This document shows, piece after piece, positions 63,238 to 64,000 of a stretch of 64,000 bases of DNA (position 1 is its first letter; each line of letters starts with the position of its first letter). The position numbers and the translations under genes were made by a program. Under the pieces are notes generated by a model. The model did no database searches. It saw only the letters and a list, made by a program, of their open reading frames with translations, and was not told the DNA's origin. The stretch covers positions 205,654,001 to 205,718,000 of the forward strand of contig NC_042998.1 in assembly GCF_006345805.1 (NCBI RefSeq). Reading direction: 5' to 3'. Origin of the DNA: Octopus sinensis (taxonomy: Eukaryota).

Positions 63238-63348
63238 GTCTTACCAAAATTGGTGCCATTCCTTCCTTATTGAACTACAATCTTCGAAGTAGTGGCCTTG
63301 TTCATAATTTGAAAATCAGCCATCCAAAGATTGTCATTATTGATAGTG
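63238..63348 (+). CDS. SLC27A: Second coding exon of the SLC27A/FATP gene
   Basis: ttttgacAG|GTCTTACC...GATAGTG|GTAAGT; 111 nt, phase 1 at both ends. Joins exon 1 in frame to give WIFLGLTKIGAIPSLLNYNLRSSGLVHNLKISHPKIVIIDS, matching the FATP motif GLxKxG...LNxNxR...L.H. Gene continues beyond the window. Confidence 0.92.
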
Positions 63349-63479
63349 GTAAGTATATATTTCCCTAAAAGCAGCTTAACCCTCTCAAGAGCCATGTAGA
63401 AGACAGTTAAATAAGACATGCAACTGTGACAAGACCACAGGTACAGACAGGAACTGCATTTGGTGCTCTTTTAAGCGTA

Positions 63480-64000
63480 GCATTAACTGTAAGACCAGAA
63501 ATGTAGTCTAGCAAATGAAATGCATGGAGTGGGGATTGTAGGAAATGGAATATGACATACATTGGGAAGGACTTTTAGGAGTTTGGCTGGGAGACTAAAT
63601 GAGCACAACTTGGAGTTTGAGGAGAGGAAGCAGTTGTCAATACTCTACGACCATGTCATCCAAGATGAAGAGAGTGGCATGCTGAATTAAGTTGGAATGA
63701 AAATCATGTGTAAATACTTGTGCAACTCCTTGCTAAGACAGATCCATAAGTCTGTTCTCATAAATGAGACAATGCCAACACTAAATAGAAAATATACATG
63801 TGATAGGGAGGCGTGGGCCCTGAATGCAGAGAACAGGCAAAGGTTAGGGGGGAATGAGGTCAGTATGCTCCACTGGAGGTGTAATGTACGTGTACATGTT
63901 CGACAGAGTGCCAATGTTCTCAGACAGAAGTTAGGCATAAGAGGAATTAGTTGCTGTGTGCAAGAGAGAAGACTGCAATTGGTTTGGTTATGTGATGTGG
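63480..64000 (+). mobile_element. Old RTE LINE fragment running off the window
   Basis: Decayed CVRTAMLYGSETW-like and RRLQLVWLC segments homologous to 13.2-13.45 kb. Confidence 0.6.

Overview
Eukaryotic, AT-rich, repeat-saturated DNA. The SINE/LINE repertoire and long (TA)n/(CA)n arrays suggest an octopod cephalopod (inference). Only one host gene is supportable: two coding exons of an SLC27A/FATP-type very-long-chain acyl-CoA synthetase on + (51559-51937 and 63238-63348, 11.3-kb intron), with a possible non-coding first exon near 29.5-29.8 kb. The rest is RTE and CR1/L2-like LINE fragments, three Penelope-like element (PLE) remnants, several tRNA-derived SINE families, hAT/pogo MITEs, Helitron ends and microsatellites. 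Most entries in the ORF track are microsatellite artefacts. Two layers stand out. (1) Eight type-I minimal hammerhead-ribozyme (HHR) motifs in at least four sequence families. These include a tRNA-headed SINE with an HHR tail about 300 nt upstream of the FATP coding-exon acceptor, an A6U variant, an HHR with a roughly 100-nt stem II, and a 2.6-kb non-coding unit bracketed by two HHR-bearing direct repeats. (2) Several unrelated, near-perfect palindromic elements embedded in or beside TA-rich tracts, one a perfect 114-bp spacer-less palindrome. I found no rRNA, true tRNA gene or CRISPR array. All alignments and folds were done by eye, and repeat boundaries are approximate unless a TSD or TIR is quoted.
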